A stretch of 63,497 nucleotides of DNA, counting the filler, from Octopus bimaculoides (Eukaryota): the NCBI RefSeq assembly GCF_001194135.2. It is 7 parts of 7 records of this genome, joined end to end, with 100 filler letters (N's around TTAATTAATTAA, not from the genome) between each part and the next. Parts side by side here need not be neighbours in the genome. Positions count along the whole stretch, not along the records: positions 12,143 to 43,424 come from NC_068982.1; positions 43,525 to 47,731 come from NC_068983.1; positions 47,832 to 56,763 come from NC_069006.1; 4 more parts are not named here. One strand, written 5' to 3'. Below are positions 38,827-51,752 of this stretch, one piece after another; the first letter of the stretch is position 1, and each line of letters starts with the position of its first letter. The translations under genes and the position numbers were made by a program. Below the pieces are notes generated by a model. The model searched no databases. It was not told where the DNA came from and was given only the letters and a program-made list of their open reading frames with translations.

Positions 38827-39889
38827 ATATATGTGTGTGTGTTGGTGTTTGTATGTATGTATGTATGTGTTCCCAGCTCATTTTTCTCCCCTACATTGTT
38901 ATTTTCCGTATTCCTGCATGAAATAATATATCTCTGAGCGCTCTTTTGTCATCTTTATAGTCACAGCAAGTATTTATAATTTATCTAAATTGTAATATTA
39001 ACAACTATTTTTTTCTGTTTTTACTTAGTTTTCTACCTTATATTTAATACATACTAACGAATATTAGTTCTTATGCAAACACAAGTCCATTTTACGCATC
39101 TTATTCTCTCTTTAACCCTTTTGCGTTAACAATTCAATAGCTCTTTATACACTATATCCTCAAGATCAACCTCGTTCTCATGTATTAAAATTTTTTAAAA
39201 TATGCACCACGCTAATTTCTGTTTCTAACTGTCAGATCATATCTTAATTCAAATATAGCCATGCCTTTCCATTGGACATTTCTATACCATCGTTACCCTA
39301 CGCGACTTATTTGGAGTTAGAATTTCTAATATCCTTACTCATCTATAGAAAGAACGTCTCTGAAACCTCTTTTTCTTATATTTTCAAATAACCGTTACAG
39401 CCTTTAGTTTTAGTTAATACCCATCTGGACTCACATCTCTTTTTCCCATAAGGATAAATATGAATCTCCTAGATCCTATTCTGCTATTTCCTTTCTCGAG
39501 TCCTTTGTAAAAATTTTGTTTATACTTCTTGTACTGAAGAGTACAGTGATATATAATTAATTTAATTTAATTTAATTTAATTTAATTAATTCTATTCAAC
39601 CGTGAATTTGCATGATTTTTATATCGCTGTACGAAACGATCGTTTGCACGAATTAAAATTCTCTGATATATTTTAACATCTCTTCTCCATTTTTAACAAA
39701 ATTGTTGAGCGTTTTGGGATTTCTTTCCATAAATTCACAACACACCATATACAAGTATTATCTTCATATTCGTAAATTTACGCCAGTAAGCTACCAGCAA
39801 AATATGAAGAATAAATATTAGAAATTGTTTTTTTTGGAAACCTCCAAGTTAAAGGACGAATTTAATTCAACCTTTTTACACATATGTAT

Positions 39890-40050
39890 GTATGTATGTA
39901 TGTATGTATGCAGGCAGGTAGGTAGGTAGGTAGGTAGGTAGGTAGGTAAGTAGGTAGGTAGGTAGGTAAGTAGGCAGGTAGGTAAGTAGGTAGGTAGGTA
40001 AGTAGGTAGGTAGGTAGGTAGGTAGGTAGGTAGGTATATGTATGTATCAG
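39890..40050. repeat. (ATGT)n-(AGGT)n microsatellite
   Basis: Direct reading. Confidence 0.95.
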
Positions 40051-41056
40051 ACGGGCATATTTTAGTTTCTGTCTACCAAACCCACTTACAAGGCAGTTTA
40101 TTTATTAATCCTTCACTAAAAAAAAAAAAAAAAGAATTGACTGTTGATAATAGGAAAGTACCATTATTTGCATCTATATCTCTATGTATAAAGATGAATG
40201 TATAAATTTAGGAAAACTAACGAAGCAGACAAAATCTCGATACAGTATATGTAGAAAGACGAGGTGTAAGGGTGGAAAATTTTATAAATGACGCGAATAC
40301 TAGCTAAGTATATCACCGAAAAGTATTAAACAATTATGCTAAAATATATCTGAATGAGGTTAACAAACGAACAGTTTGTTGGCTTCGATCGGGCCATATT
40401 CCTTTGCCTTATATTCTTTTACTGACAGTTCGTATAGGAATCGCCTTTACGCTTTTGTGGAAACCATTCAGGAATGACGAGGCACTATTTGTTCGAATAC
40501 AAACTTATCAGAGGACATTTTAAAAACGATTTATTTCAAGGGATGCATCCATCCATCCATTTACTCAGTCAGTTAGCCAGCCAGCCAGCCAGCCAGCCTC
40601 TCCGCTCACTTTTCCTGGGAAGGTCGTGAAGGTAGTCCTCAGACATCTCTTCCATAGGATTCTATCAGAAGCAAGCGCCGTTACATTTTCCAATTAAACT
40701 TTTCGCCGGTCCAATACAAATACCAGCTTGGTGTCTCGTACGAATAAAACAACTACAAGCTGTAATAGGAAAAGAGATCGAAAGAACAACCGAATCGTAA
40801 AGTTCGTTGTATCTATTTAACAAGGGACGCGTTCAGTTCTTAGATAGAGATGTCCGTTCGAAAAATATATTGCAGTCTCGATCCAATACCAGTACAACTA
40901 GTAACAAGCTTGCAACGTGTTCTGGGAGGCATGAAGCTGGAGCACAAACGATGTGTGTCCCAAGACCCCAAAGCGGGTCCATGAGGGAGCATCTGTTAGT
41001 GATTCAGTATATATCAAACATAAGTAAGATCTTCCCTATTTTTCCCTATTTTCACT

Positions 41057-41118
41057 TTATATTTGTTTCAGTCATTAGACTGCGGCCAGGCTGGGGTACC
41101 ACCTTGAAGAATTTTAGT
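41057..41118 (-). mobile_element. SINE family A 3' tail
   Basis: TTTGTTTCAGTCATTAGACTGCGGCCAGGCTGGGGTACCACCTTGAAG. Confidence 0.8.
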
Positions 41119-41616
41119 TGTAAAGTAGTATAAGCAATAGTAGCAGTAGTGTGGTGGTGGTAGCTGAAGATGTGTTAGTATCGGCAGTGAATAAATAAAA
41201 CGTTACTAGTTTATATTTAGCTAGTATTGGGTTTTAATTCCTCTTATTGTGTATAATTTTAATTTATATTGACTCAGGTCGACTTATGGACGTATGCATG
41301 TCTATGTATCAGTTTATGGTTCTGTGTGTATATGTGCATGGTTGTGTGTGTTGTTGTGTGTGAGTGTGCATGTGTGTATGTGTATTCAATTTTGTGTGAA
41401 CGTATCCGTCAAACATGCACACACACACACACACACGCGCGTATTCGTATCTCTGCTTTGCGTTTTTATGCGTGTGCATGAGTGTACGTATAAAAGTGTG
41501 TTTAAATGTGTGTATGTGCGTGTGTGTGTGTGTGTGTGTACGTATGTATGTGTGTGCACGCTTATATTTATCCAAATATTATACGTAGATATATAGATAT
41601 ATGTGTATGCGTATCT

Positions 41617-41666
<50 letters not shown>

Positions 41667-42251
41667 NNNNNNNNNNNNNNNNNNNNNNNNNNNNNNNNNN
41701 NNNNNNNNNNNNNNNNNNNNNNNNNNNNNNNNNNNNNNNNNNNNNNNNNNNNNNNNNNNNNNNNNNNNNNNNNNNNNNNNNNNNNNNNNNNNNNNNNNNN
41801 NNNNNNNNNNNNNNNNNNNNNNNNNNNNNNNNNNNNNNNNNNNNNNNNNNNNNNNNNNNNNNNNNNNNNNNNNNNNNNNNNNNNNNNNNNNNNNNNNNNN
41901 NNNNNNNNNNNNNNNNNNNNNNNNNNNNNNNNNNNNNNNNNNNNNNNNNNNNNNNNNNNNNNNNNNNNNNNNNNNNNNNNNNNNNNNNNNNNNNNNNNNN
42001 NNNNNNNNNNNNNNNNNNNNNNNNNNNNNNNNNNNNNNNNNNNNNNNNNNNNNNNNNNNNNNNNNNNNNNNNNNNNNNNNNNNNNNNNNNNNNNNNNNNN
42101 NNNNNNNNNNNNNNNNNNNNNNNNNNNNNNNNNNNNNNNNNNNNNNNNNNNNNNNNNNNNNNNNNNNNNNNNNNNNNNNNNNNNNNNNNNNNNNNNNNNN
42201 NNNNNNNNNNNNNNNNNNNNNNNNNNNNNNNNNNNNNNNNNNNNNNNNNNN

Positions 42252-42319
<68 letters not shown>

Positions 42320-43079
42320 GCGTGTGTGTGTGTGCAAACTTGTGAGTGTGTGTGTATGTGCGTGTGAGAGAGAGAAAGAGAAAGAGAGAACCAGACAGAG
42401 AGAGAGAGAAACAGAGAGAGATAGAGAGAGAAGGACAGAGAGGAGAGAGAGAGAGAGAGAGAGAGATAGAGAGATAGAGAGAGAGTGACTGTGGATATGC
42501 GTGCGTATCTGTGTGTGTTTACGTGTATTTTGACTGTTCATGTGTATGTGTCTTTGCAATAACAAATTGAGAAAAAAAGTTAACGATGAAAGTTGCAGTA
42601 TGAGTATATGCGACGGTGATGGTGGTGGTGGTTGTGGTGATGTTGGTGGTTGTGGTGATGCTGGTGGTTGTGGTGATGGTGGTACTTGTAGTGATTGTGG
42701 TGGTAGCGGTGGTGGCTGCTGCGGTGGTGGTGGTGGTAGTGGTGGTGGTGGTTAGTGGCGGTGTATGTACACTCCTTTGCTTAACTTGAAAACTATTAAC
42801 GGGAACAAAATGATGGTCTTCAGTGCAGTGAGTTTGGAATTAACCAACTCTGACATTTGCAGCCAAACACAACCGTCTTCGTCGTCTTCCACCAACCAAC
42901 TAACTGGCCGATCTGTGACGAACGGAAACGAGCTAATTCGAGCTGAATCGAGTTAAATCGAGCTGTGTCGAATCGACCCGAAATGGACTGCGTCGCAATT
43001 GACCAATTGATTGGAAAACCAATCTCTTCTTGCACACATTCATATATGTATGCATACAGATACACATATAAGCATTGTG

Positions 43080-43365
43080 ACGCACACGCACACACACACA
43101 CACACATACACACACACACACACGCATACACATGCACATACGCACACTTACATACATACACACGCGCACACATGCACACTTACGCACATACACACACATG
43201 CACACACATACACACACTTACACATGCACACACATGCACATACGCACATACATACACATGCACATATGCACACTTACACACACACATGCACATATGCACA
43301 CTTACACACACACACACATGCACATACGCACACTTACATACATGAGCACACACACACAAACACAT

Positions 43366-43423
<58 letters not shown>
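43080..43423. repeat. Complex CA-rich tract with imperfect higher-order unit (CACATGCACATACGCACACTTA)
   Basis: Direct reading; source of the His/Thr-rich ORFs. Confidence 0.9.
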
Positions 43424-43424
<1 letters not shown>

Positions 43425-43524
43425 NNNNNNNNNNNNNNNNNNNNNNNNNNNNNNNNNNNNNNNNNNNNTTAATTAATTAANNNNNNNNNNNNNNNNNNNN
43501 NNNNNNNNNNNNNNNNNNNNNNNN

Positions 43525-43588
<64 letters not shown>

Positions 43589-44824
43589 TAGTAGATATCA
43601 AAAGAAAGACCAATAAAACTGTTTGATATATTAAGTCTAATATTTCAGGTGCTTACCGCAGTCATCGGTGCAGTAAAATGTTTATAGGCAAGGCTATTTA
43701 TAGTAAATCAGTTTAGTATTAAACGCGCCACAAGAGATTAATGTGTTATCGTTTTGTTAAAACCTAAAGAAAGAATTATTGGTTCAGTGAGAAATATTTT
43801 CGCAAGAATAACTGTTAAAGACTTGTATTTAACTCGCTCACAACTCGGAAATGGCGCTGATAGATGTTCTTGTTATATGCAATGCTGTAATGTAATATGA
43901 AAGCTTGCTTATAGCAACCAGCTCAGAACAATGACAATGGGTTTTCTGTAAGCGTTATATATGCTTCTGTATACATGCGCTCATATATATTTACACGTAT
44001 TAAATATAGATGTGCGTGTATCTATACGTACTTAGACGCACATATAAGCATATATATAGGAATCGTAAAATTGAGATGCTAGTGGATTATACATAGCAAA
44101 ATTTCTTACTGTTGTTAAACTGTTATTGATCTTAACAAATATAGAGAGAATGTAAACATATTGAAAGTTTTTCGTAGGATATATTATTTCGATCACCGTA
44201 TAAAGTTATTAGACCTTTATTAACTTTAAGTATAGACTTTGAGTGGAAGAAGGCTTAGTTAACGAAGATTACAAAGAAAATAGTGAGTAAAGTATTTTCT
44301 AAGGAAAATATTCTACGTAAAAGAGATTGTTAGTCTTAGGACAATTAATAAATATTTAAAGTTTAAAATTTACGATAGTTACAATATGGTTGAGATGACC
44401 TCAGGTAAAAAAAAAAGATCTTAAATAAAAAATTAATTAGAAATAAATAAGAAATGAGAGTAAAAGAAGAATGATATTAATATAAATAACTCAAGAAAAA
44501 TTACATTCAAATAAATTAAATGGTAATAGAACATTCATTAAATAATAAAATCTAATTACAATTTTTTTGATTAATTAAATAATCTAATTGTAGAGTTTTA
44601 GGATTTCAAAAATGCGTACTACTGTCGATTTTGACGTAGAAGTGTTTGAAAGAAAGGTTTAAAAAACAAAAAGAAGAAAAAAGGAAAAGATAAGAAGAAA
44701 ATGCTGCATGTGATTGCGATGGTTGCACGAATGTAATTCCAGTACAGGTATGGAATTTGGTATGAACCACAGTGAGAACAATGATGATTTTGATTTTTGT
44801 TTTGGATTGGACAAATGTGTCTGC

Positions 44825-45012
44825 TGAAATTTGGGAGTAGGGGAAAGTCAATGACATCGATTCCAGTGTTTCACTGGTACTTAATTTATCGACCCTGAAT
44901 GGATGAAAGGAAAAGCTGACCTCAGCAGAATTTGAACTCAGAACGTAGTGACAGACGAAATACCGCTAAGCATTTCGCCCGGCGTGCTAACGATTCTGCC
45001 AGCTCAACGCCG
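44825..45012 (-). mobile_element. SINE family B
   Basis: ACTGGTACTTAATTTATCGACCCTGAATGGATGAAAGG...GAACTCAGAACGTAGTGACAGACGAAATACCGCTAAGCATTTCGCCCGGCGTGCTAACGATTCTGCCAGCTC. Confidence 0.92.
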
Positions 45013-45014
45013 TA

Positions 45015-46035
45015 ACAGTGTGGGGGTAAGGTATGGAGTAAGCAAGAATAACACAATTCTGAAGCTGAACGGTTCTGTAGCCTGAAGTAAGCAGCTTCTT
45101 ATCCCCAGACAAGTGCTATCCATTTTACTGAAGACAATATGTGAAATATGAGTGGAAGATACGCAATTGGAAAGCAGTAGAACCTGATGGTGTACAGGGA
45201 GTTGGGATAAAAAAAAGAGTTCAGTAGGCACCATAAATTGGTTTGCAGATCAATTTAATGCATTGATTTATGGAGAAGAAGAAATCTCGGGGAGGTTGAG
45301 CAAAGGTCGAACAGTGTTGTGCTTAAAGTATGCATGGAATGGAAATGCTGTCGATATTTACAGGCCAATTTCTTGCCTTCCATTATTGTGGATGCGACTG
45401 TTAAGAGAGATTGTAGAAGAAATTTACAAATTTCTTGATAATAGCGACATCTTACCAATGGAACAAAGGGATTGCAGGAGGAGATACAGGGGTACCAAAC
45501 ACCAATTATTGATAGACAAAATGGTAATGCAAGATTGTAAGCGAAGGCGGACAAATTAGGGAATTGCTTAGAGTGACAACTGCAAAGCTTCAGATATGAT
45601 TCCACATTCGTAGAACTGTTTGGAATCGTAAGGAATGTAACATGTTTTCTGAAGAGAAGTATAGCAGGGTGGAAAACTGAGTTGACATCCTACGGACAAA
45701 GCCTGTACAACATGGGTCTCAGAACAGAGATATATTTTCCAGGGCGAGAGCTTATCTTCAGTGTTTTTTTTGTTTGTTTGTTCTTTGCATGGTCCCTCTG
45801 ACTTTGGTGTTTAGGAAAATGAACCTGCGATATTAATTTAAGGGGAAATCTCAAAGTCAAAACAATCACCTCTTCATTGATGATTTAAAGCTGTATGTCA
45901 AGGATGAGGCACAACTGAGTTCTTTGGTGAACACGGTCCACCGTTTTAGTGCTGATATTAAGATGGAATTCGGCCTCAAGAATTGTGCTATAATGAACCT
46001 GAAAAGAGGCAAGGTACGGTCTCTGGCAGGGATAC
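45015..46035 (+). pseudogene. R4/Dong-like non-LTR retrotransposon reverse transcriptase relic 1
   Basis: NWKAVEPDGVQG, GRTVLCLK, YRPISCLP, EQRDCRRRYRGTKHQLLIDK, DCKRRRTNL, HLFIDDLKLY and DIKMEFGLKNCA...LKRGK, with stops and frameshifts. Confidence 0.9.
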
Positions 46036-46039
46036 AATT

Positions 46040-46747
46040 ATCTAACAGAGATAACGCCAATATTCGTAAAACATATAAAACATTCCAAGAATAAATGGCA
46101 GTGTTACAGCTCCAGAGAAAAGAACTCATACAAACTAAAGCCATCCTCATTAGAAGTGGAATATTCCAGAGAGACACGCTCTCTCCACTCCTTTTCTGCT
46201 TGGCACTGACACCTTTCTCTGATATGCTAAACAGAAATGGATGAAGAAACAACTGCTATGGTAAAACAATCAACAATCTTTTGTATATGGATAATTTAAA
46301 ACTGTATGTTGCAAATGACGAACAGTTGGAAACATTACTACAGATAGTACATGCATTTACCAAAGAAATAAATATGAAATTCGGCTTAGAAAAAATATGT
46401 CAAAGCAGCCTTGAAAACAGGAAAACTAGTTAAGAGTAGCAACATCACACTAGATAAAGCAAATTAAATAAGGGAATTAGACCAAAGACAGACATAAAAA
46501 TACTTAGGAATCAATTAACTGAATACGGTACAACACGCTCGAATGAAAGAGAAGATAAGAAAGGAATGTTAACAAATATATATAACATATAGAAAATATC
46601 ACTACTAGGCATCGCACACATCCTACGTAAAACACTTTCAATACAGTGAAAATTAGAGCATCACAACAAACCACAGCACATACGCGAAGCACACAGAGCT
46701 GCACTCGGTAGTGCAGTGAAAGTACATGATAAGAATAATACTCATGA

Positions 46748-46783
<36 letters not shown>
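46040..46783 (+). pseudogene. R4/Dong-like relic 2: RT domains, internal deletion, C-terminus, 3' UTR and (ATG)n tail
   Basis: GIFQRDTLSPLLFCLAL, NNLLYMDNLKLY, MKFGLEK, KYLGIN, MKEKIRKEC, then SLLGIAHILRKTLSIQ* and a (GAT)n run at 46745-46783. Confidence 0.88.
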
Positions 46784-46785
<2 letters not shown>

Positions 46786-46990
46786 CCTGGAGCTGGACAA
46801 TATCTTGCACACAGAAATGAAAGACAAGGACATCATTGTATATTTCAAGCGCTTTAAACTTCTCTTGAAATCAAAACTCAACTCAAGGAACCTTGTGACT
46901 GCCAGCAACATATGGGAGCAGCTGCACCTCCGATTGTTTTTCATAAGAATTTAGACAGAAGGTCTGAAAGAGAACTTGAAGTTCTTGTCT
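46784..46990 (+). pseudogene. R4/Dong-like relic 3 (post-RT thumb region)
   Basis: ILHTEMKDKDIIVYFKRFKLLLKSKLNSRNLVTASNIW resembles the R4-clade segment H.EMK.K...Y.RR...ILKSKLN..N...AIN.W. Confidence 0.7.
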
Positions 46991-47167
46991 CATACATACA
47001 ATATCTGCGACCTTAAAAATCTGCAAGATCTTCTTAAGTTTTAAAGTACGATGGTTAAAGCATGATGCGTTCCTTCACAATCTTCTACCAAGTACGTGGG
47101 CGATCAAAGTTTACTCTAAATTAATAAAAAGAAAGCATACATATTTACACACACACACAAACATACA

Positions 47168-47201
<34 letters not shown>

Positions 47202-47243
47202 CATAGATACATACATACATACATCCATACATACATACATACA

Positions 47244-47274
<31 letters not shown>

Positions 47275-47692
47275 GTATTCGTAATTTAAGCGTGAGTGTA
47301 TGTACGTATTTAAAGAGATATAAACATAGTTATTTGCAGATAAATTTCTCATTCTAACATTTCTAATGTAAGTATTTAATTCGTGTAACATAGAATACCT
47401 CCGAGCCATGTTCAACTATTAAGTAGTAGAGAAGATGCCCATATTTTCTTTCTAATATATTTATTTATTCGCCAATAAAAATATCAGAATAAACTCATAA
47501 AGAAATTACCCTTAGGTAACATATTTTATGTATTCTATGTTGCCTCCTATTAACAGTACAGCACAGCTTAAATGTCGACGTCTTATATAGCTAGGTTTGT
47601 TTTTTTTTTCATGAAATCTCTCTAATTTTGGTGAAAAAGACTTAACGATAATTCCCGAAATTTAACAATTCAAATTTCATCCACTTACGGTG

Positions 47693-47731
<39 letters not shown>

Positions 47732-48413
47732 NNNNNNNNNNNNNNNNNNNNNNNNNNNNNNNNNNNNNNNNNNNNTTAATTAATTAANNNNNNNNNNNNN
47801 NNNNNNNNNNNNNNNNNNNNNNNNNNNNNNNATATATATATATATATACATACATACATATATGTATGTATGTATGCTAGTAAATATACTCACAAACACA
47901 CACATATACACACATATATATGTATGTCTACCTCCCTCGCTTTATCTACATACCTATCAATCTATCTGTCTTTGCGTGTATATGTATACACACACACACA
48001 CACACACATAAAATATATGTGAACATATAAATAAGATCCAAACATGCATATCCTCACATATATGTATATTTATATCTATCTATCTGTGTGTGTGTAAGCT
48101 AGATAGATAAATAGATTGAAAGATGGTGACTTATAATTAACACTCAAAGTTTCTAAACAATAAAAGCTCTATTGTTGAAAACCTGTCCCCACTTCTCTAT
48201 CTGTGTGTTAATAACAATGCCCCCTTGCATCCACCCCACCCCTCGTCTTCCACTCACCACCCATGCTCTCCAGAATGGTTATCCTCATCTCCACCACATT
48301 AAGGACAGGCAACCCCCACCTACTACATATGTGTATGTGTATGTGAGCGTGCAAGTGTCCATTCACACACACACATGTATGTATGTATATGTATGTATGT
48401 ATGTATGTATGTA

Positions 48414-48453
<40 letters not shown>

Positions 48454-49454
48454 TATATAATTTAGAGAAAAAAACCACAATTCCTGAACTCATCCATGAA
48501 AATCCAGTCACAGAAAAATTTAATAAGTAAATACACTAAAAAGAACTATACATATATCTGTATATATATATATATANNNNNNNNNNNNNNNNNNNNNNNN
48601 NNNNNNNNNNNNNNNNNNNNNNNNNNNNNNNNNNNNNNNNNNNNNNNNNNNNNNNNNNNNNNNNNNNNNNNNNNNNNNNNNNNNNNNNNNNNNNNNNNNN
48701 NNNNNNNNNNNNNNNNNNNNNNNNNNNNNNNNNNNNNNNNNNNNNNNNNNNNNNNNNNNNNNNNNNNNNNNNNNNNNNNNNNNNNNNNNNNNNNNNNNNN
48801 NNNNNNNNNNNNNNNNNNNNNNNNNNNNNNNNNNNNNNNNNNNNNNNNNNNNNNNNNNNNNNNNNNNNNNNNNNNNNNNNNNNNNNNNNNNNNNNNNNNN
48901 NNNNNNNNNNNNNNNNNNNNNNNNNNNNNNNNNNNNNNNNNNNNNNNNTGTATGTATAATTATTACAAATTAAAAGGGTAAAGGATTATCAATTTATTAA
49001 TTAATAAATCAATTAACAATTAACAATTTTTTACCAAGCCCATCGGTATGAAAGCACCATTATTGGTGGAGAACTTATTTAAAAGCTCATATATATTTAT
49101 AAATATAATTAAGGGATCAGCAAATATTTGCTATCTGTGGGATTCTCAGCTTTTTTAGCTGCTATTTCTGAACTTCGGTATATGGTGAAGCAAATATTTG
49201 CTGATCCCTTAATTATATTTATAAATATGTATGTATATATGTACATGTGTGTGTGTGTGTATGTATCTACATATGTATCAGTATTTTTAAGGAATTTATT
49301 CACAAATATACACATATACATATACACACTCATAATTAAGTACATACATATTTACTTAAGAGGGTGCAGACACACACATATATACACACACATACATACA
49401 TACGTATGTACGTACGTACATACATATAAAGACATACGCGCACTCGCAAACATA

Positions 49455-49720
49455 CATGGTGATTGCTCCATCTTCACTAATGATTGTTGTCACGTTATGA
49501 TTCTTTGTCAATGGTATTCCTGACTCTCCATCCATGACCTCTTAGATGACTATTCAGCCCTGTTGCAGATCTGCATGGCTTGGAGCATAGCAGACTGACA
49601 AAAGTTGTAATTCACATGGCGCTCCCAGCTTGTCAGAGTCTGCACCTGTCACCACTTTTCCTTGGCCATAGAACTTTCAGGAGATGGAATGACAAACAAG
49701 GTCACCCTAACGAGACAGCT
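49455..49720 (-). mobile_element. Decayed RTE-clade LINE 3' end
   Basis: Minus strand LCSKPCRSATGLNSHLRGH (C-terminal CCHH finger like that at 30190), then a short UTR and (ATGT)n. Confidence 0.6.
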
Positions 49721-50164
49721 GTATGTCCTTACATTATGGCGATAAACACTTGTACAACATGAGTACCATTCTTTAAGTGTCCATTATTAGTACTGAATGA
49801 CAGGATGAAGTGAGATAACCAACGATCTTGTGATACTGCAGGTTTTTCCTCAGTGTCTCTCTCCTAAAAGGATGCTCTGACAACAGTTAGGGTTCGATAA
49901 CTCCTGGCGGTTTTTGCTGCATGCCCTAACCAACCAAGGGTTATTTTTGCATGTTCATACACAGATGAATTGTCATCATATATGCTCATTGACCAATAGC
50001 TGGGATTTTGACAGGAGCTACTGCTTTGGGTCAGAATATATCTGGTAACAAAAGTAGCTAAAAGGTAAAAGGTACACACGTACATACATGCATACATACA
50101 CACACACACATAAATACACACATACATACATACATACATGTATATGTATGGTAAAAGCCATAGC

Positions 50165-50795
50165 CACTCATAATAAAAAGGAATGCTGGTGGAATGTCCC
50201 AGTGAAGACCTCAATAAAATGTAAGCACAACAGACCTGATATAATGATTTGGGATTGAGAAGGGAAACTGTGCACAGTTGTGGAAATTAGCTGCCCAGTG
50301 GATGTTAGCATAAAGCTGAAGATCAGTGAAAAAGAGAATACCTATGCTGAACTATGGAGAAATCTGCAATTTACTCTATCCAGACTACAAGTTCAGGTTT
50401 ACACCTGTAATTATTGGGACTCTGGGATATGTAGCACACTGCCTAAATACCAATCTTGAGAAATTAGGCTTCTCAAAACCAGAAAGGAGAAAGCTGATTC
50501 AAAGACTACAGATTCAGTCCATCACTGGAACTGTACAAATCTGTAAAACTTTCCAGAAGTTTATCATTTAAATATATAAGAGCATGTCTAGATATGCAAC
50601 TACATGCATGAGAATACATCGTACATAAAACAAAACATACAAATCTGACTCCAAATATTGCACATGTACACACATACTTCCAAAAATATCCAGTTGATGT
50701 TGAAGTTCTGACGAAGAAGCCTTGGATCTAGGTTAGAAACTGGTTCTCTCTCTCTATTGACAAGAAATCTTGAAATAAAACTGAATAATGACATA
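50165..50795 (+). pseudogene. R4/Dong-like LINE 3' end with restriction-like endonuclease (PD-(D/E)xK) domain and 3' UTR
   Basis: WWNVPVKTSIKCKHNRPDIMIWD...VVEISCP...YPDYKFRFTPVIIGTLG...LQIQSITGTVQICKTF. Confidence 0.9.
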
Positions 50796-50833
50796 TACAT
50801 ACATACATACATACATACATACATACATACATA

Positions 50834-51217
50834 CACCTCCTGGAAACAGTTCAGAGATGTACAATCAAGTGAATACCCTTCATCTGGCATCTACCATACT
50901 CTGAAAGAATTGCTTCCCTGGGCATGGATACATTGAAACTCCAACGCCTGGCAACTGACTTGGGAAGCACCCACAAAATTATTAACCATTGCACCAACAC
51001 CCACCTTGAGCACTTCTTTGAGCTCCATGTGTCTAACACATGTGGGCATGTCTACAAAGTCAGAAAACAGCACAACTCCCATGACTTTCAGAAACATTTT
51101 TTCACACCCAGAGTTGCTGAAGCATGGAACAAACTACCTGCATCAGTTGTTAGTTGCCGAGACGGTGCATCCTTTAAAACCTCCATGCTTCCTGAAATTC
51201 ACCAACACTACACCTGA
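50834..51217 (+). pseudogene. CR1-clade LINE ORF2 C-terminus
   Basis: LLETVQR...LPYSERIASLGMDTLKLQRLATDL...NTCGHVYKV...KHFFTPRVAEAWNKLPASVV...SFK. Confidence 0.9.
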
Positions 51218-51657
51218 TATCCCCCCCACCTCCATACGCATGAACACATGTATATATCATGACTCAGACATTGTTCACTTTCCTGACTTTTGTACATAAT
51301 TCTATGCACTGTACGTACACCTTTGATGAGTTGTAGTGCAACTGAGCNNNNNNNNNNNNNNNNNNNNNNNNNNNNNNNNNNNNNNNNNNNNNNNNNNNNN
51401 NNNNNNNNNNNNNNNNNNNNNNNNNNNNNNNNNNNNNNNNNNNNNNNNNNNNNNNNNNNNNNNNNNNNNNNNNNNNNNNNNNNNNNNNNNNNNNNNNNNN
51501 NNNNNNNNNNNNNNNNNTACATATGTACACACATACATATATACATTTCTGCATACATTTTTAGCAGTTCTTAACTTCAGTATTAAGACAAATGTTATGA
51601 ATTGTGATGTCAACAACATATAAATTCATAATTTTTACCTTTTCCTCCCTTTTTCAG

Positions 51658-51752
51658 GAAAATTATTGATGGAATCGGTGCCTCAACCATCTTCAATGGT
51701 CATCTAGTGGGAACTGACCAGCACTACACTCTATCTACAGCTCATATCACAG
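51658..51752 (+). CDS. Candidate internal exon KIIDGIGASTIFNGHLVGTDQHYTLSTAHIT
   Basis: Strong acceptor TTTTTACCTTTTCCTCCCTTTTTCAG|G; open in the phase-2 frame; donor uncertain (CAG|GTTTCA). Confidence 0.3.

Noticed and set aside
43011-43472. His/Thr-rich protein
   Set aside because: Translation of a CA-rich compound repeat.
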